Assembly (NCBI RefSeq): GCF_046296455.1
Contig: NZ_JBKBLF010000004.1
Location: 77,167-141,166, forward strand
Length of the DNA: 64,000 bases
From: Microcella sp.
Lineage (GTDB): Bacteria; Actinomycetota; Actinomycetes; Actinomycetales; Microbacteriaceae
Direction: 5' to 3'
The notes under the pieces are model-generated. The model did no database searches. It was not told where the DNA came from and saw only the letters and a program-made list of their open reading frames with translations. The translations under genes and the position numbers were made by a program. Positions 1 through 9,153 of this stretch are shown one piece after another; position 1 is the first letter of the stretch, and every line of letters starts with the position of its first letter.

Positions 1-170
1 ACATCAGGCGAGCTGGGGGCGACCGCGGGTAGTGCGGCCGCCACCAGCTCGAGCATGAGCGGCTCGACCGATCCGAGATCGTGACCCCAGTGGGCGAGCC
101 GTGGCACGGCCGTGCCGCGGGCGTCGAGCACGAAGCTGACACCCGCGGCACGGAGGTGGAGAAGCGAGAT
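1..170 (-). CDS. Partial CDS (N-terminus only, continues past the left edge): probable GH36 alpha-galactosidase
   Basis: The reverse frame is open from 170 to 1 and reads ISLLHLRAAGVSFVLDARGTAVPRLAHWGHDLGSVEPL. I associate the HLRAAGVS...HWG.DLG pattern with GH36 N-termini. It lies directly downstream of the sugar ABC/GH42 operon. No ATG/GTG/TTG start is available; AGGAG sits 5 nt upstream of an ATC codon (170-168). Confidence 0.4.
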   Translation of the reverse strand, partial: MSLLHLRAAGVSFVLDARGTAVPRLAHWGHDLGSVEPLMLELVAAALPAVAPSSPD

Positions 171-172
171 AC

Positions 173-1501
173 CTACTCCTTGACGGGAATCGAGGCCGCC
201 TTGAGGGCTGCGATCGTGGCGTCCTGACCAGCGGTCAGAGCATCCAGAAGCGTACCGCTGCCCGAGACGGCACCGGAGAAGCCGTCAGCGACATCGTTGT
301 AGACCTGCGTCATGGTCGGGCCCCACGTGAAGTTGGGGTCGACGTTGTTGCCAGCCTCGGCGAAGACCTCGTAGATCTTCTGTCCGCCGTAGAACTCCAC
401 ACCCTCACCGAAGACCGGAAGGTTCGCACCCTCGATCGTGGCGGGGTAGATGTTCGCCGTGCGGTTCATCGCGGTCAGCGCGTCGGCATCCGTGTTGAGC
501 CACAGAGCGAACTGCGCGGCCTCGTACGGGTGGTCCGAGCCCTTGAGCACCGCAGTGGTCGAGCCACCCCAGTTGCCCGCGGCGCTGGCGCCGGCCTCCC
601 ACTGCGGCATCGGGGCTACAGCCCAGTTGCCGGCGGTGTCAGGCGCACCGCTCGCGATGGTGTTGGCACCCCAGACGGCCGAGACCCACGTCCACAGCTC
701 GCTCGAGTTGTAGGCGGCGTTCCACTCGTCGGTCCACGGCGGGTAGACAGCGACGAGGTCGTTGTCGATGAGACCCTGCCAGTACTCGGCCACCTGCGTG
801 GTCTCGGCGCCGGTCAGGTCGACGGTCCAGCCGTCGGCGTCGTTCGAGAACCACTCGCCGCCCGCCTGCCACACCAGGCCAGCGAAGGCGTTGATGTCGC
901 TCTGCGAGAAGTTGTTGATGTAGCCGCCCTGCTCACGAATCTGCACCGCGGCAGCCTCGTACTCCTCCCACGTGGTGGGAACGGGGATGCCCGCCTCCTC
1001 GAAGAGGTCGGCACGGTAGAACATGGCCATGGGGCCGGTGTCCTGCGGGATCGCGTAGACCGCGTCCTCTTCGCCGAACGTGACCTGGCTCCAGGTCCAC
1101 GGCACGAACTGGTCCTCGGCCGCGAGAATGCCCTCGCACGCCGCGATGTTCTCGAGGCCGTCCTGCACGCGGAAGTTCGGCATGGCGTCGAACTCGATCT
1201 GGCCGAGGTCGGGCGCGTTGCCGGCCGCGAGCTGGTTGAAGAAGTTCTGGTACGTGCCGCCGTTGCCGTTCGGGCCGGTCTGAACCTCGACCTGAACGTC
1301 GGGGTTCTCCTCGTTCCAGATCGCCACGGCCTCTTCGACGCCGGGCAGCCAGCTCGTGAAGGTGAGGGTGACGGGTCCGTCCGAGGGGGCGCAGTCGCCG
1401 CTCGCGCCGGGGGCGTCGGTGCCGCCGGTCGAGCAGGCCGTCAGCGCAAGCGCGGAGATGGCCGCAATGGCCCCCGCACGTGCGACAAGAGAGATCGCCA
1501 T
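173..1501 (-). CDS. Sugar ABC transporter substrate-binding lipoprotein (family 1 solute-binding protein)
   Basis: Track ORF 173..2206 trimmed to ATG 1501 (MAISLVARAGAIAAISALALTACSTGG). Signal peptide with lipobox LTAC; GAAAGGAAC RBS upstream. Typical SBP sequence, adjacent to two permeases. Confidence 0.9.
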   Translation of the reverse strand: MAISLVARAGAIAAISALALTACSTGGTDAPGASGDCAPSDGPVTLTFTSWLPGVEEAVAIWNEENPDVQVEVQTGPNGNGGTYQNFFNQLAAGNAPDLGQIEFDAMPNFRVQDGLENIAACEGILAAEDQFVPWTWSQVTFGEEDAVYAIPQDTGPMAMFYRADLFEEAGIPVPTTWEEYEAAAVQIREQGGYINNFSQSDINAFAGLVWQAGGEWFSNDADGWTVDLTGAETTQVAEYWQGLIDNDLVAVYPPWTDEWNAAYNSSELWTWVSAVWGANTIASGAPDTAGNWAVAPMPQWEAGASAAGNWGGSTTAVLKGSDHPYEAAQFALWLNTDADALTAMNRTANIYPATIEGANLPVFGEGVEFYGGQKIYEVFAEAGNNVDPNFTWGPTMTQVYNDVADGFSGAVSGSGTLLDALTAGQDATIAALKAASIPVKE

Positions 1502-1575
1502 GCTGTGTTCCTTTCGATTGGTGGTGGTGCTGCTCCGCTCGGCCGTCGTGCGACCGAGGGACTGTCGGCGGGTGC

Positions 1576-2484
1576 TCACTTGAGCCCGCCGTTCGCCAGC
1601 CCCGACTGCCAGAAGCGCTGCAGTGCGAGGAAGGTGACGATGAGGGGGATGATCGACAGCAGCGACCCGATGACGACGAGGGCGCGGATGTCGGGGATCT
1701 GGCTCACCTGCGTGTTCCAGACGTAGAGGCCGAGCGTGACGGGGAAGAGCGACTCGTCGCGCAGCATGATGAGCGGCAGGAAGAAGTTGTTCCAGATCGC
1801 GACGAATTGGAAGAGGAAGATCGTCACGAGCGCCGGGGCCATGAGTCGCGTCGCGACCGTGAAGAACGTGCGCACCTCTCCCGCGCCGTCGATGCGCGCG
1901 GCCTCGATGATCTCGTCGGGCACGCTCGCAGCGGCGTAGATGCGCGAGAGGTAGACGCCGAAGGGGCTCACGAGGCTCGGCAGCAGCACGGCCCAGATCG
2001 TGTTCGTCGCCCCCGCCTGGCTGAAGAGCAGGAAGAGCGGCAGGGCGAGCGCCGTGGCCGGCACGAGCACACCGCCGAGAATGACGTTGAAGAGCGTCTC
2101 GCGGCCGCGGAAGGTGTACTTGGCGATCGCGTAGCCGGCCATCGCCGCGATGAGGGTGGCGAGCAGCGCCCCGACGCCGGCGTAGAGCGCACTGTTGCCG
2201 AGCCACTGCAGAAACACGCCGTCACGGTAGGTCACCAGCGCCGCGATGTTGTCGAACAGCGCGAAGTCGGCGAACCACAGGGGGCTGGTCGTCGTGAAGT
2301 CCTCGCGCGTCTTGGTCGACGCGACGAGCAGCCACCACAGCGGGGTGAGGAAGTAGAGCGTGGCGACGATCATGACCGCCATGGCGACGGTGCGTGAGAC
2401 AGCGCTCTCGCGGATGCCGGCGTCGCGGGCGGGCTTCTTCTGCCCCTGGGTGCGCAGCGCGCGGGTTTCGGTCGAGACGGTCAT
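1576..2484 (-). CDS. Carbohydrate ABC transporter permease (MalG-like)
   Basis: Track ORF 1576..2973 trimmed to ATG 2484 (MTVSTETRALR...). EAA loop EAARIDGAGEVRTFF, six TM segments. Its start overlaps the upstream stop (ATGA). Confidence 0.9.
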   Translation of the reverse strand: MTVSTETRALRTQGQKKPARDAGIRESAVSRTVAMAVMIVATLYFLTPLWWLLVASTKTREDFTTTSPLWFADFALFDNIAALVTYRDGVFLQWLGNSALYAGVGALLATLIAAMAGYAIAKYTFRGRETLFNVILGGVLVPATALALPLFLLFSQAGATNTIWAVLLPSLVSPFGVYLSRIYAAASVPDEIIEAARIDGAGEVRTFFTVATRLMAPALVTIFLFQFVAIWNNFFLPLIMLRDESLFPVTLGLYVWNTQVSQIPDIRALVVIGSLLSIIPLIVTFLALQRFWQSGLANGGLK

Positions 2485-3377
2485 TGCGCGGTCCTCCGCT
2501 GCGTGAGCTTGAGCACGGTGAACGAGAGCACGAAGGTCGCCAGGGCGAGCACGACCGACATGGCCGCGGCGAGGCTGATGTTGGGCACCGACGCGGTCGA
2601 GTAGATGGTGAGGTTCGGGGTGAAGGTGCTCGTGACGGCGTTCGAGAAGCTCTGGAAGACCTGCGGCTCGGCGAGCAGCTGCAGCGTTCCGATGATCGAG
2701 AAGATGCCCGTGAGCACGAGGGCCGGCACGACGAGCGGGATCTTGATCGCGAAGGCGATGCGGAACTGACCGGCGCCGTCGAGCCGTGCTGCCTCGTAGA
2801 TCTCTTGCGGGATCGACAGCAGCGCCGAGTAGATGATCAGCATGTTGTAGCCGACGTAGACCCAGGTCACGACGTTGGCGATCGACCACAGCACCGTCTC
2901 GGCCGAGAGCAGATCGACGCTCGAGGTCACCGCCGTGAACGGCGAGAGGTTGGGCGAGTAGAGAAAGCCCCACATGATGGCGGCGATGACGCTCGGCACG
3001 GCGTAGGGGGCGAAGAACGCCAGGCGGAAGAACTTCGATCCCCGCACGAGCGGCGAGTCGAGCAGCAGCGCGAGCACGAGCGCGAGGCCCAGCATGATCG
3101 GCACCTGCACGACGCCGAAGAGCAGCACACGGCCGATGGATGCCCAGAACGGCTCGTTCTGGAACACCGCGATGTACTGAGTGAGCCCCCCGAAGACCTG
3201 CACCGCGGGGCCGAAGGTGCCCTCGCGCTCGACGGTCAGCAGCGACTGGTAGACCGCGTACAGGATCGGGACGAGGTAGAACAGCACGAACAGGGCGCCG
3301 AACGGCACGAGGAAGACGGCGAGCGCTCCCCGGTGGCGAACGGCTCGTGATGCTTTGACAGCGGTGTCACGCGCCAC
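2481..3377 (-). CDS. Carbohydrate ABC transporter permease (MalF-like)
   Basis: Track ORF 2481..3668 trimmed to GTG 3377, which is preceded by GAGGAG. EAA loop EAARLDGAGQFRIAFAIKIP. Confidence 0.88.
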   Translation of the reverse strand: MARDTAVKASRAVRHRGALAVFLVPFGALFVLFYLVPILYAVYQSLLTVEREGTFGPAVQVFGGLTQYIAVFQNEPFWASIGRVLLFGVVQVPIMLGLALVLALLLDSPLVRGSKFFRLAFFAPYAVPSVIAAIMWGFLYSPNLSPFTAVTSSVDLLSAETVLWSIANVVTWVYVGYNMLIIYSALLSIPQEIYEAARLDGAGQFRIAFAIKIPLVVPALVLTGIFSIIGTLQLLAEPQVFQSFSNAVTSTFTPNLTIYSTASVPNISLAAAMSVVLALATFVLSFTVLKLTQRRTAQ

Positions 3378-5406
3378 GATCGCTCCTCTCTGACTGAACG
3401 ACGCGCACGGCGCCCGCAGGCAGCGGAGTGGCGTCGGTGACGGGCTCGCCCGAGACCAGGTCGAGTCCTGCGAACGGTACCGCGATGGGCTGCGCCCGGT
3501 GGTTGATGACGAAGGTGAACTCGCTCGTCGCCGTGCGGCGCGTGACGACGTCGACGTCGTAGCCCACCTCGGTGACGGGCACGCCGGCCTCGACGCAGAG
3601 CCTGCGCAGCAGGGCGAGCACGGCCTCGTCGTCGAGCACCGTGGCGACGTACCAGGCGGCACCGTCACCGACCGTGCGTCGCGTCAGGGCGGGGGATGCC
3701 GCGGCGGGGCCGTCGGCGAACCGCTCGACCACCTCGGCATCGGCGACGCGCACCGCTTCGCTCCAGATCGTGCCGCGCGCGCCCGAGGTGAGCGCGACCG
3801 TCGCATCGGCCGCGAGGGGGCGGAACTCGTCGACGGTGAGGCCGAGCAGCTCGCGGAAGGCTCCCGGGTAGCCGCCGGGGCGGATGGCATCGTGCTCGTC
3901 GACGATGCCGCTGAAGGGCGTGACGAGCACGGTGGCGCCCGCCTGCGCGGCTCGCGCGATCGACGCGGCCGCCGCATCCGTCACCGTGTACAGGGTCGGA
4001 ACGACGACGAGGTCGTAGCCGTCGAGGTCGGCATCGGGCGCGACGACGTCGACGGTCACGCCGAGGGCGCGCAGGGCCCGGTGGTAGCGGTGCGCCTCGG
4101 GCAGGTAGCGCAGCAGGCTGCTAGGCTGGGTGTCGCCCTCGGCGGCCCACCACGCCTCCCACGAGAAGACGAGCGCCGCACGGGCGTGCACGCACGAGCC
4201 GACGACGGGGGAGAGACGGTCGAGCAGCGCGGAGAGCTCGACGCTCTGCGCCCAGCCCTCGCCGGCCGTGCCGCTGTGGGGGAGCAGGGCCGAGTGGAAC
4301 TTCTCTGCTCCGCTGCGCGAGGCCCGCCACTGGAAGAAGCAGATGGAATCGGCACCGCGGGCAACATGGCCGAGCACCGTGCGCACGAGCTCGCCCTCGC
4401 GCTTGGCGTGGTTGACGGGCTGCCAGCTGACGGCGCTCGTCGACGTCTCCATGAGCATCCACGGGGCACCGGCCGCGACGCCGCGCGTGAGGTCGGCGCT
4501 GAATGCGAGCTCGGCGAGCGGGTCGGCGAGACGGTGGTCGAGGTAGTGGTCGTTGGCGATGAGGTCGAGCTCGGGTGCCCAGCGAAAGTAGTCCTGGGTC
4601 TGGATGTGCGCGGTGACCATCAGATTGGTCGTCACGGGCACGCTCGAGCGCTCGCGCAGCACGGCGGCCTCGGCGCGGTAGTAGTCGAGCAGCGCATCCG
4701 ACGAGAAGCGCTTGAAGTCGAGCAGCTGGGCGGGGTTGCCCGCCGAGCGCGTCGTGCGCGGCGGCAGCACGTCGTCCCAGTGCCCGTAGCGCTGGCTCCA
4801 GAACGCGGTGCCCCAGGCCGAGTTGAGGGCGTCGAGCGTGGCGTACCGGTCGCGCAGCCAGGTGCGGAAGGCTCGGGCAGAGGCGTCGCAGTAGCACAGC
4901 GCGTTGTGGCACCCGAGCTCGTTCGAGACGTGCCAGAGCGCGACCGCGGGGTGCGAGCCGTAGCGGTCGGCCATCGCCGTCACGAGTTCGAGGGCCTTCT
5001 GCCGGAACACCGTCGAGCTGGGGCACCACGCCTGGCGTCCGCCCGGCCACGCGATCGTGCCGTCGGCGGCCTGCGGCAGCGTCTCGGGATGCACGCGCGC
5101 GAGCCACGGCGGCGGCGACGACGTGCCGGTGCCGAGGTTGACGCGGATGCCGGCCGCGTGCAGCAGCTCGAGGATGCGGTCGAGCCGGCTGAAGTCGAAC
5201 GGACCGGGCTGCGGCTGCAGCTGCGCCCAGCCGAAGATGTTGATGGCGACGAGGTCGACGCCGAGCTCGCGCATGAGCGCGATGTCGTCGTGCCAGACCG
5301 CGTCGTCCCACTGCTCGGGGTTGTAGTCGCAGCCGAGCGTGATCGTGCCCGTGGCCCAGCCCGGAACGAGCGACTGCTCGTGGCTGAGGGTCAGGGGAGT
5401 GGTCAC
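3367..5406 (-). CDS. Beta-galactosidase, glycoside hydrolase family 42
   Basis: Track ORF 3367..5481 trimmed to GTG 5406, preceded by GGAAGGA. The N-terminal LGCDYNPEQW...INIFGWAQLQP...PPPWL stretch is typical of GH42. Confidence 0.9.
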   Translation of the reverse strand: MTTPLTLSHEQSLVPGWATGTITLGCDYNPEQWDDAVWHDDIALMRELGVDLVAINIFGWAQLQPQPGPFDFSRLDRILELLHAAGIRVNLGTGTSSPPPWLARVHPETLPQAADGTIAWPGGRQAWCPSSTVFRQKALELVTAMADRYGSHPAVALWHVSNELGCHNALCYCDASARAFRTWLRDRYATLDALNSAWGTAFWSQRYGHWDDVLPPRTTRSAGNPAQLLDFKRFSSDALLDYYRAEAAVLRERSSVPVTTNLMVTAHIQTQDYFRWAPELDLIANDHYLDHRLADPLAELAFSADLTRGVAAGAPWMLMETSTSAVSWQPVNHAKREGELVRTVLGHVARGADSICFFQWRASRSGAEKFHSALLPHSGTAGEGWAQSVELSALLDRLSPVVGSCVHARAALVFSWEAWWAAEGDTQPSSLLRYLPEAHRYHRALRALGVTVDVVAPDADLDGYDLVVVPTLYTVTDAAAASIARAAQAGATVLVTPFSGIVDEHDAIRPGGYPGAFRELLGLTVDEFRPLAADATVALTSGARGTIWSEAVRVADAEVVERFADGPAAASPALTRRTVGDGAAWYVATVLDDEAVLALLRRLCVEAGVPVTEVGYDVDVVTRRTATSEFTFVINHRAQPIAVPFAGLDLVSGEPVTDATPLPAGAVRVVQSERSDRGA

Positions 5407-5460
5407 AGGCCGTCCTTCCGAGGCGGGGTCAACGTCGTTGTCGCTCCGTCCACCGCATCC

Positions 5461-5476
5461 CTGTGAGCGTGCACAG
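5461..5476. promoter_or_regulatory. LacI-family operator-like imperfect palindrome CTGTGAGCGTGCACAG
   Basis: Lies in the divergent intergenic region between GH42 (start 5406) and the LacI-family regulator (start 5609). Shares the CTGTGAGCG half-site with the perfect site at 5508. Confidence 0.55.
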
Positions 5477-5507
5477 AACAAGGTGACCTGTTCGGGGGGA
5501 GGGTTTT

Positions 5508-5523
5508 CTGTGAGCGCTCACAG
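5508..5523. promoter_or_regulatory. LacI-family operator, perfect 16-bp palindrome CTGTGAGCGCTCACAG
   Basis: Perfect self-complementary 16-mer with a central CG, of the classic TGTGAGCGCTCACA LacI/GalR type. It sits between divergently transcribed regulator and sugar operon. Confidence 0.75.
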
Positions 5524-5608
5524 AGTACGCACGCCCGCTCCGCCCTGTCAACACCCGCGTCGCGCGGCACACCCCTGACGGCCCCCGACGGCTGGCTACA
5601 CTGAGCGC

Positions 5609-6631
5609 GTGTCTGATTCGACGACCCGCCTCAAACGCGCCACGATCTTCGATGTCGCGGCCGAAGCGGGCGTCTCGCGCGGCACCGTCTCGCGCGTGCT
5701 CAACGGCGAGCCCTACGTCTCGGCCGCCGCCCGCGAAGCGATCGAGGCGGCGATCGCCAAGGTCGGCTACGTGCGCAACACGGCCGCCCGCAATCTCGCC
5801 AAGCAGTCGTCCGGGGCGATCGCCCTCATCGTGCACGAGCCCGACTCGGTGTTCATCGACGACCCCAACATCGGTGCCATTCTGCTGGGCGCCAACGCCG
5901 CCCTCTCGGCCGCCGACTACCAGCTCGTCTCGCTCATCATCGACACCGAGCGCGACTCGCAGCGCGTGACCGGATACCTCGGCGGCGGGTTCGTCGACGG
6001 GGCCATCATCGTCTCCGCGCGAGAAGACGACCCGATCTCGCAGGCCATCGCCGACCTTCGGCTGCCCGCCGTCATGGTCGGGCGCCCCGACAACCAGCCG
6101 CAGCTGCCCTGGGTCGGTATTGACAACCGCGGTGCCGCGCGGCAGATCACCGAGCGGCTGCGGGGCACGGGCCGACAGCGGGTCGGGATGATCGCCGCGG
6201 GTCTCGACCGCGATTCGGGCCGTGACCGCCTCGCCGGGTTCCGCGAGGCCATGGGCGAGTCGTTCGACGACACGCTCGTCGCCCGGCAACGCTTCTACAC
6301 CTACGCCGCCGGGGTGGCCGGCATGGCCGAACTGCTGCGCATCGACCCCGCGATCGACGGCGTGTTCGCGGCGTCGGATGCGATCGCCGCCGGTGCTCTC
6401 GAGACGCTGCGCAACGCGGGGCGGTCGGTGCCGACCGACGTCGGCATCGTCGGGTTCGACGACAGTTCGTGGGCGCTGCGCGCCCAGCCGGCGCTCTCGA
6501 CCGTGCGGCAGCCCGCCGGGCAGCTCGGCGCCCGGGCCGCCGAGCTCGTGCTCGAGCAGGTGCGCACCGGCTCGCTCGCTGCGAACGGCGCCCTGCTGGC
6601 CACCGAGATCGTCTGGCGCGACTCGGCGTGA
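5609..6631 (+). CDS. LacI family transcriptional regulator
   Basis: N-terminal HTH ATIFDVAAEAGVSRGTVSRVLNG followed by a periplasmic-binding-protein-like sugar-binding core. Divergent from the sugar operon. Confidence 0.92.
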   Translation: MSDSTTRLKRATIFDVAAEAGVSRGTVSRVLNGEPYVSAAAREAIEAAIAKVGYVRNTAARNLAKQSSGAIALIVHEPDSVFIDDPNIGAILLGANAALSAADYQLVSLIIDTERDSQRVTGYLGGGFVDGAIIVSAREDDPISQAIADLRLPAVMVGRPDNQPQLPWVGIDNRGAARQITERLRGTGRQRVGMIAAGLDRDSGRDRLAGFREAMGESFDDTLVARQRFYTYAAGVAGMAELLRIDPAIDGVFAASDAIAAGALETLRNAGRSVPTDVGIVGFDDSSWALRAQPALSTVRQPAGQLGARAAELVLEQVRTGSLAANGALLATEIVWRDSA

Positions 6632-7860
6632 GCCGCGCGGGCACGGCGCGGCGCGTGCGCGCGACGGGCATCATCGCGGTGCTCGCGCTCGCGACCTCGA
6701 CGCTCGGGTACGGCGCTTTCGCCCTGCTCGCACCGCTGCCGCCGATCACCCCCGTCGTTCTGCCGCTCGCGCAGGTCTCGACCCCCGAACCGGCCGTCGT
6801 CTTGCCGACGTACGGCGCCTCGGCCATCGCGGCGGCCGATGGCGAGCAGATCTACGCCGGGCGCGATCTCGACACGCCGCGGCCCATCGCATCGATCGCG
6901 AAGGTCGTGACAGCGCTCGTCGTGCTGGCCGAGCGCCCCATCGAGGGCGACGGTCCCGGCGCCTCCATCACGCTCAGCGCGGCTGACAGCCGACTGCCTG
7001 CCCGGTACGCGGCCATCAACGGCACGGTGGCTCCCGCGCCCGCGGGAGCGGTCGTCACGCAGCGGCAGATGATCGAGCTCATGATGGTGCACTCGGCGAA
7101 CAACTACGCCGAGTCGCTCGCGGTGTGGGGCTTCGGCTCGGTCGACGCCTACCTCGCGGCGGCGCGGCGATGGCTCGACGGGCAGGGTCTCGCGAGCATC
7201 CGGATCGCCGATACGACGGGGTTCTCGCCCGACAACCGCGCCACCCCGCGCGATCTCGTGGCGCTCGCGCGCCTCGCCGCGGCTGATCCCGTCGTCGCCG
7301 CCGCCTCGGCGCGCCGCACCCTCACCGTGCCCGGCATCGGCACCTTCGAGAACCGCAATCTCGCTCTCGGAACCGCCGGCATCACGGGGCTCAAGACGGG
7401 CACCCTGCGCGTCGTCGGGTCGAATCTGCTCTTCTCGGGCACGGTGACCGCCGCCGACGAGCCGGTCGACATCGTCGGGGTCGTCATCGGAGCCCCCGAT
7501 CAGGCGACGATCGCGCGCGACCTGCGCCGCCTCATCGCGAGCGTCGTCGACGACTACCACGCCGTCGCGATCGGCGAGCCCGGTGCGGTCGTCGCACGCT
7601 ACACGGCACCGTGGGGCGACACGGCAGAGCTCGTCGTCGACGAGACGATCACCGACCTCGTCTGGGGCGACGTGCGATCGGTGGCGTTCACGAGCGCGCC
7701 CGAGGTGCTGCCCGGTCTCGGCACCCCCTCGGCCCCGACGCTCATCGTGCGCTACGGCGATCGCGAGGCCCGGCTCGACCTGCGCTGGGTCGGCGAGATC
7801 GGCGAGCCCCCGCTCGCCTGGCGTCTCGCCCAACCGCTCGCCGAGGTGACGGGCGACTGA
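6628..7860 (+). CDS. D-alanyl-D-alanine carboxypeptidase (low-MW PBP, peptidase S11)
   Basis: Track ORF 6469..7860 trimmed to GTG 6628, which overlaps the LacI stop. N-terminal TM/signal segment. Has SxxK (SIAK), SxN (SAN) and KTG (KTGT) motifs. Confidence 0.82.
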   Translation: MSRAGTARRVRATGIIAVLALATSTLGYGAFALLAPLPPITPVVLPLAQVSTPEPAVVLPTYGASAIAAADGEQIYAGRDLDTPRPIASIAKVVTALVVLAERPIEGDGPGASITLSAADSRLPARYAAINGTVAPAPAGAVVTQRQMIELMMVHSANNYAESLAVWGFGSVDAYLAAARRWLDGQGLASIRIADTTGFSPDNRATPRDLVALARLAAADPVVAAASARRTLTVPGIGTFENRNLALGTAGITGLKTGTLRVVGSNLLFSGTVTAADEPVDIVGVVIGAPDQATIARDLRRLIASVVDDYHAVAIGEPGAVVARYTAPWGDTAELVVDETITDLVWGDVRSVAFTSAPEVLPGLGTPSAPTLIVRYGDREARLDLRWVGEIGEPPLAWRLAQPLAEVTGD

Positions 7861-7867
7861 CCGACGA

Positions 7868-8641
7868 TCAGGAGTGCGGCGGCAGGGTCGGGCGCTTGGG
7901 TCGCACCGTGTCGCCCGACGACTGGTGCCGGATGCGACGCACGACCCACGGTACGAGGTACTCGCGGGCCCAGCCCATGTCGTCTGCGCGGGCCGCACGC
8001 CACGACCGGGCCGGCAGCGGTTCGGGATGCTGCGGCTCGAGACCGTGGTCGACCCCGAGCGCGTCGAGCACCGAGATCGCGATCGTGTGGTGCCCGAGCG
8101 GTGAGAAATGCAGACGGTCGGGGGCCCACATCTGCGGGTTCTGCAGCTGGCGCAGGGCCCACATGTCGGCCACGATCGCGTCGTGCTTGGCCGCGACGAA
8201 CCGCAGGTTCTCGTTGTAGATGGCCACCTTGCCGCGCACGCGCCGCAGCACCGGCGTCATGCCGATATCGGGGCCGTTGAACATGACGACCGTGGCGCCG
8301 TTGGCCCGCAGGCGGCCGATCGTCTCGTCGAACAGCTCGGCGACCCGGTCGGGATCGGTGCCGGGGCGGATGATGTCGTTGCCGCCGCCCGAGATGGTGA
8401 TCAGGTCGGGGCGCAACGCGAGCGCCGCATCCACCTGCTCGTCGGCGATCTGCTGCAGCAGGCGGCCCCGGATCGCGAGGTTCGCGTAGGCAAAGTCGTC
8501 GGTGCGGTCGGCGAGAACCTCGGCGACGCGATCGGCCCATCCGCGGTGCCCGCCCGGGCTCTGCGGCTCGGGGTCGCCGATGCCCTCGGTGAACGAATCG
8601 CCGATCGCGACGTAGCGCGACCAGGGGTGCAGCTGAGGCAT
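7868..8641 (-). CDS. SGNH/GDSL hydrolase family protein
   Basis: Block I motif VAIGDSFTEG, GGND block (SGGGNDI) and a C-terminal H block. Confidence 0.85.
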   Translation of the reverse strand: MPQLHPWSRYVAIGDSFTEGIGDPEPQSPGGHRGWADRVAEVLADRTDDFAYANLAIRGRLLQQIADEQVDAALALRPDLITISGGGNDIIRPGTDPDRVAELFDETIGRLRANGATVVMFNGPDIGMTPVLRRVRGKVAIYNENLRFVAAKHDAIVADMWALRQLQNPQMWAPDRLHFSPLGHHTIAISVLDALGVDHGLEPQHPEPLPARSWRAARADDMGWAREYLVPWVVRRIRHQSSGDTVRPKRPTLPPHS

Positions 8642-8811
8642 GTTCCCAGAGTGGCAGACGCGGGGGCCTCATTGCATCCTGGCAACCCGCCGAGAATCTG
8701 CTCCCCCCGAACGGGGGTCATCTGCTTGACTGTGGGCCGAGCGTTTCCACAGAGGTGCTCGACCCCCGGCGGTGCGCCCCTTGCGTGCCCGCCACAACGA
8801 AAGGAGAAGCC

Positions 8812-9069
8812 ATGGGCTTCCTCGCATTCCTCCTGCTCGGTCTCATCGCCGGCGCGATCGCCAAGGCGATCCTTCCCGGAAAGCAGGGCGGCGGCTGGAT
8901 CTCGACCCTCATCCTCGGCGTCGTCGGCGCCCTCCTCGGCGGCTGGATCGGCAGCCTCCTGGGCCTCGGCTCCGTCGACGAGTTCTTCAGCATCGGCAGC
9001 TGGCTGCTCGCCATCGGCGGCTCGATCCTCGTGATCCTGCTCTGGGGCCTCATCACGCGCAAGCGCTAG
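8812..9069 (+). CDS. GlsB/YeaQ/YmgE family stress-response membrane protein
   Basis: Track ORF 8755..9069 trimmed to ATG 8812, preceded by AAAGGAGAA. The 85-aa Gly-rich three-TM sequence MGFLAFLLLGLIAGAIAKAILPGKQGGGW is typical of the family. Confidence 0.85.
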   Translation: MGFLAFLLLGLIAGAIAKAILPGKQGGGWISTLILGVVGALLGGWIGSLLGLGSVDEFFSIGSWLLAIGGSILVILLWGLITRKR

Positions 9070-9153
9070 GCACCACCGCAGCACCCGCACGCCCCACGCG
9101 CATCCCGCCGCCGTCAGTTCACGGTGGCAGGATGCTCGCGTGGGGCGTTCGTC

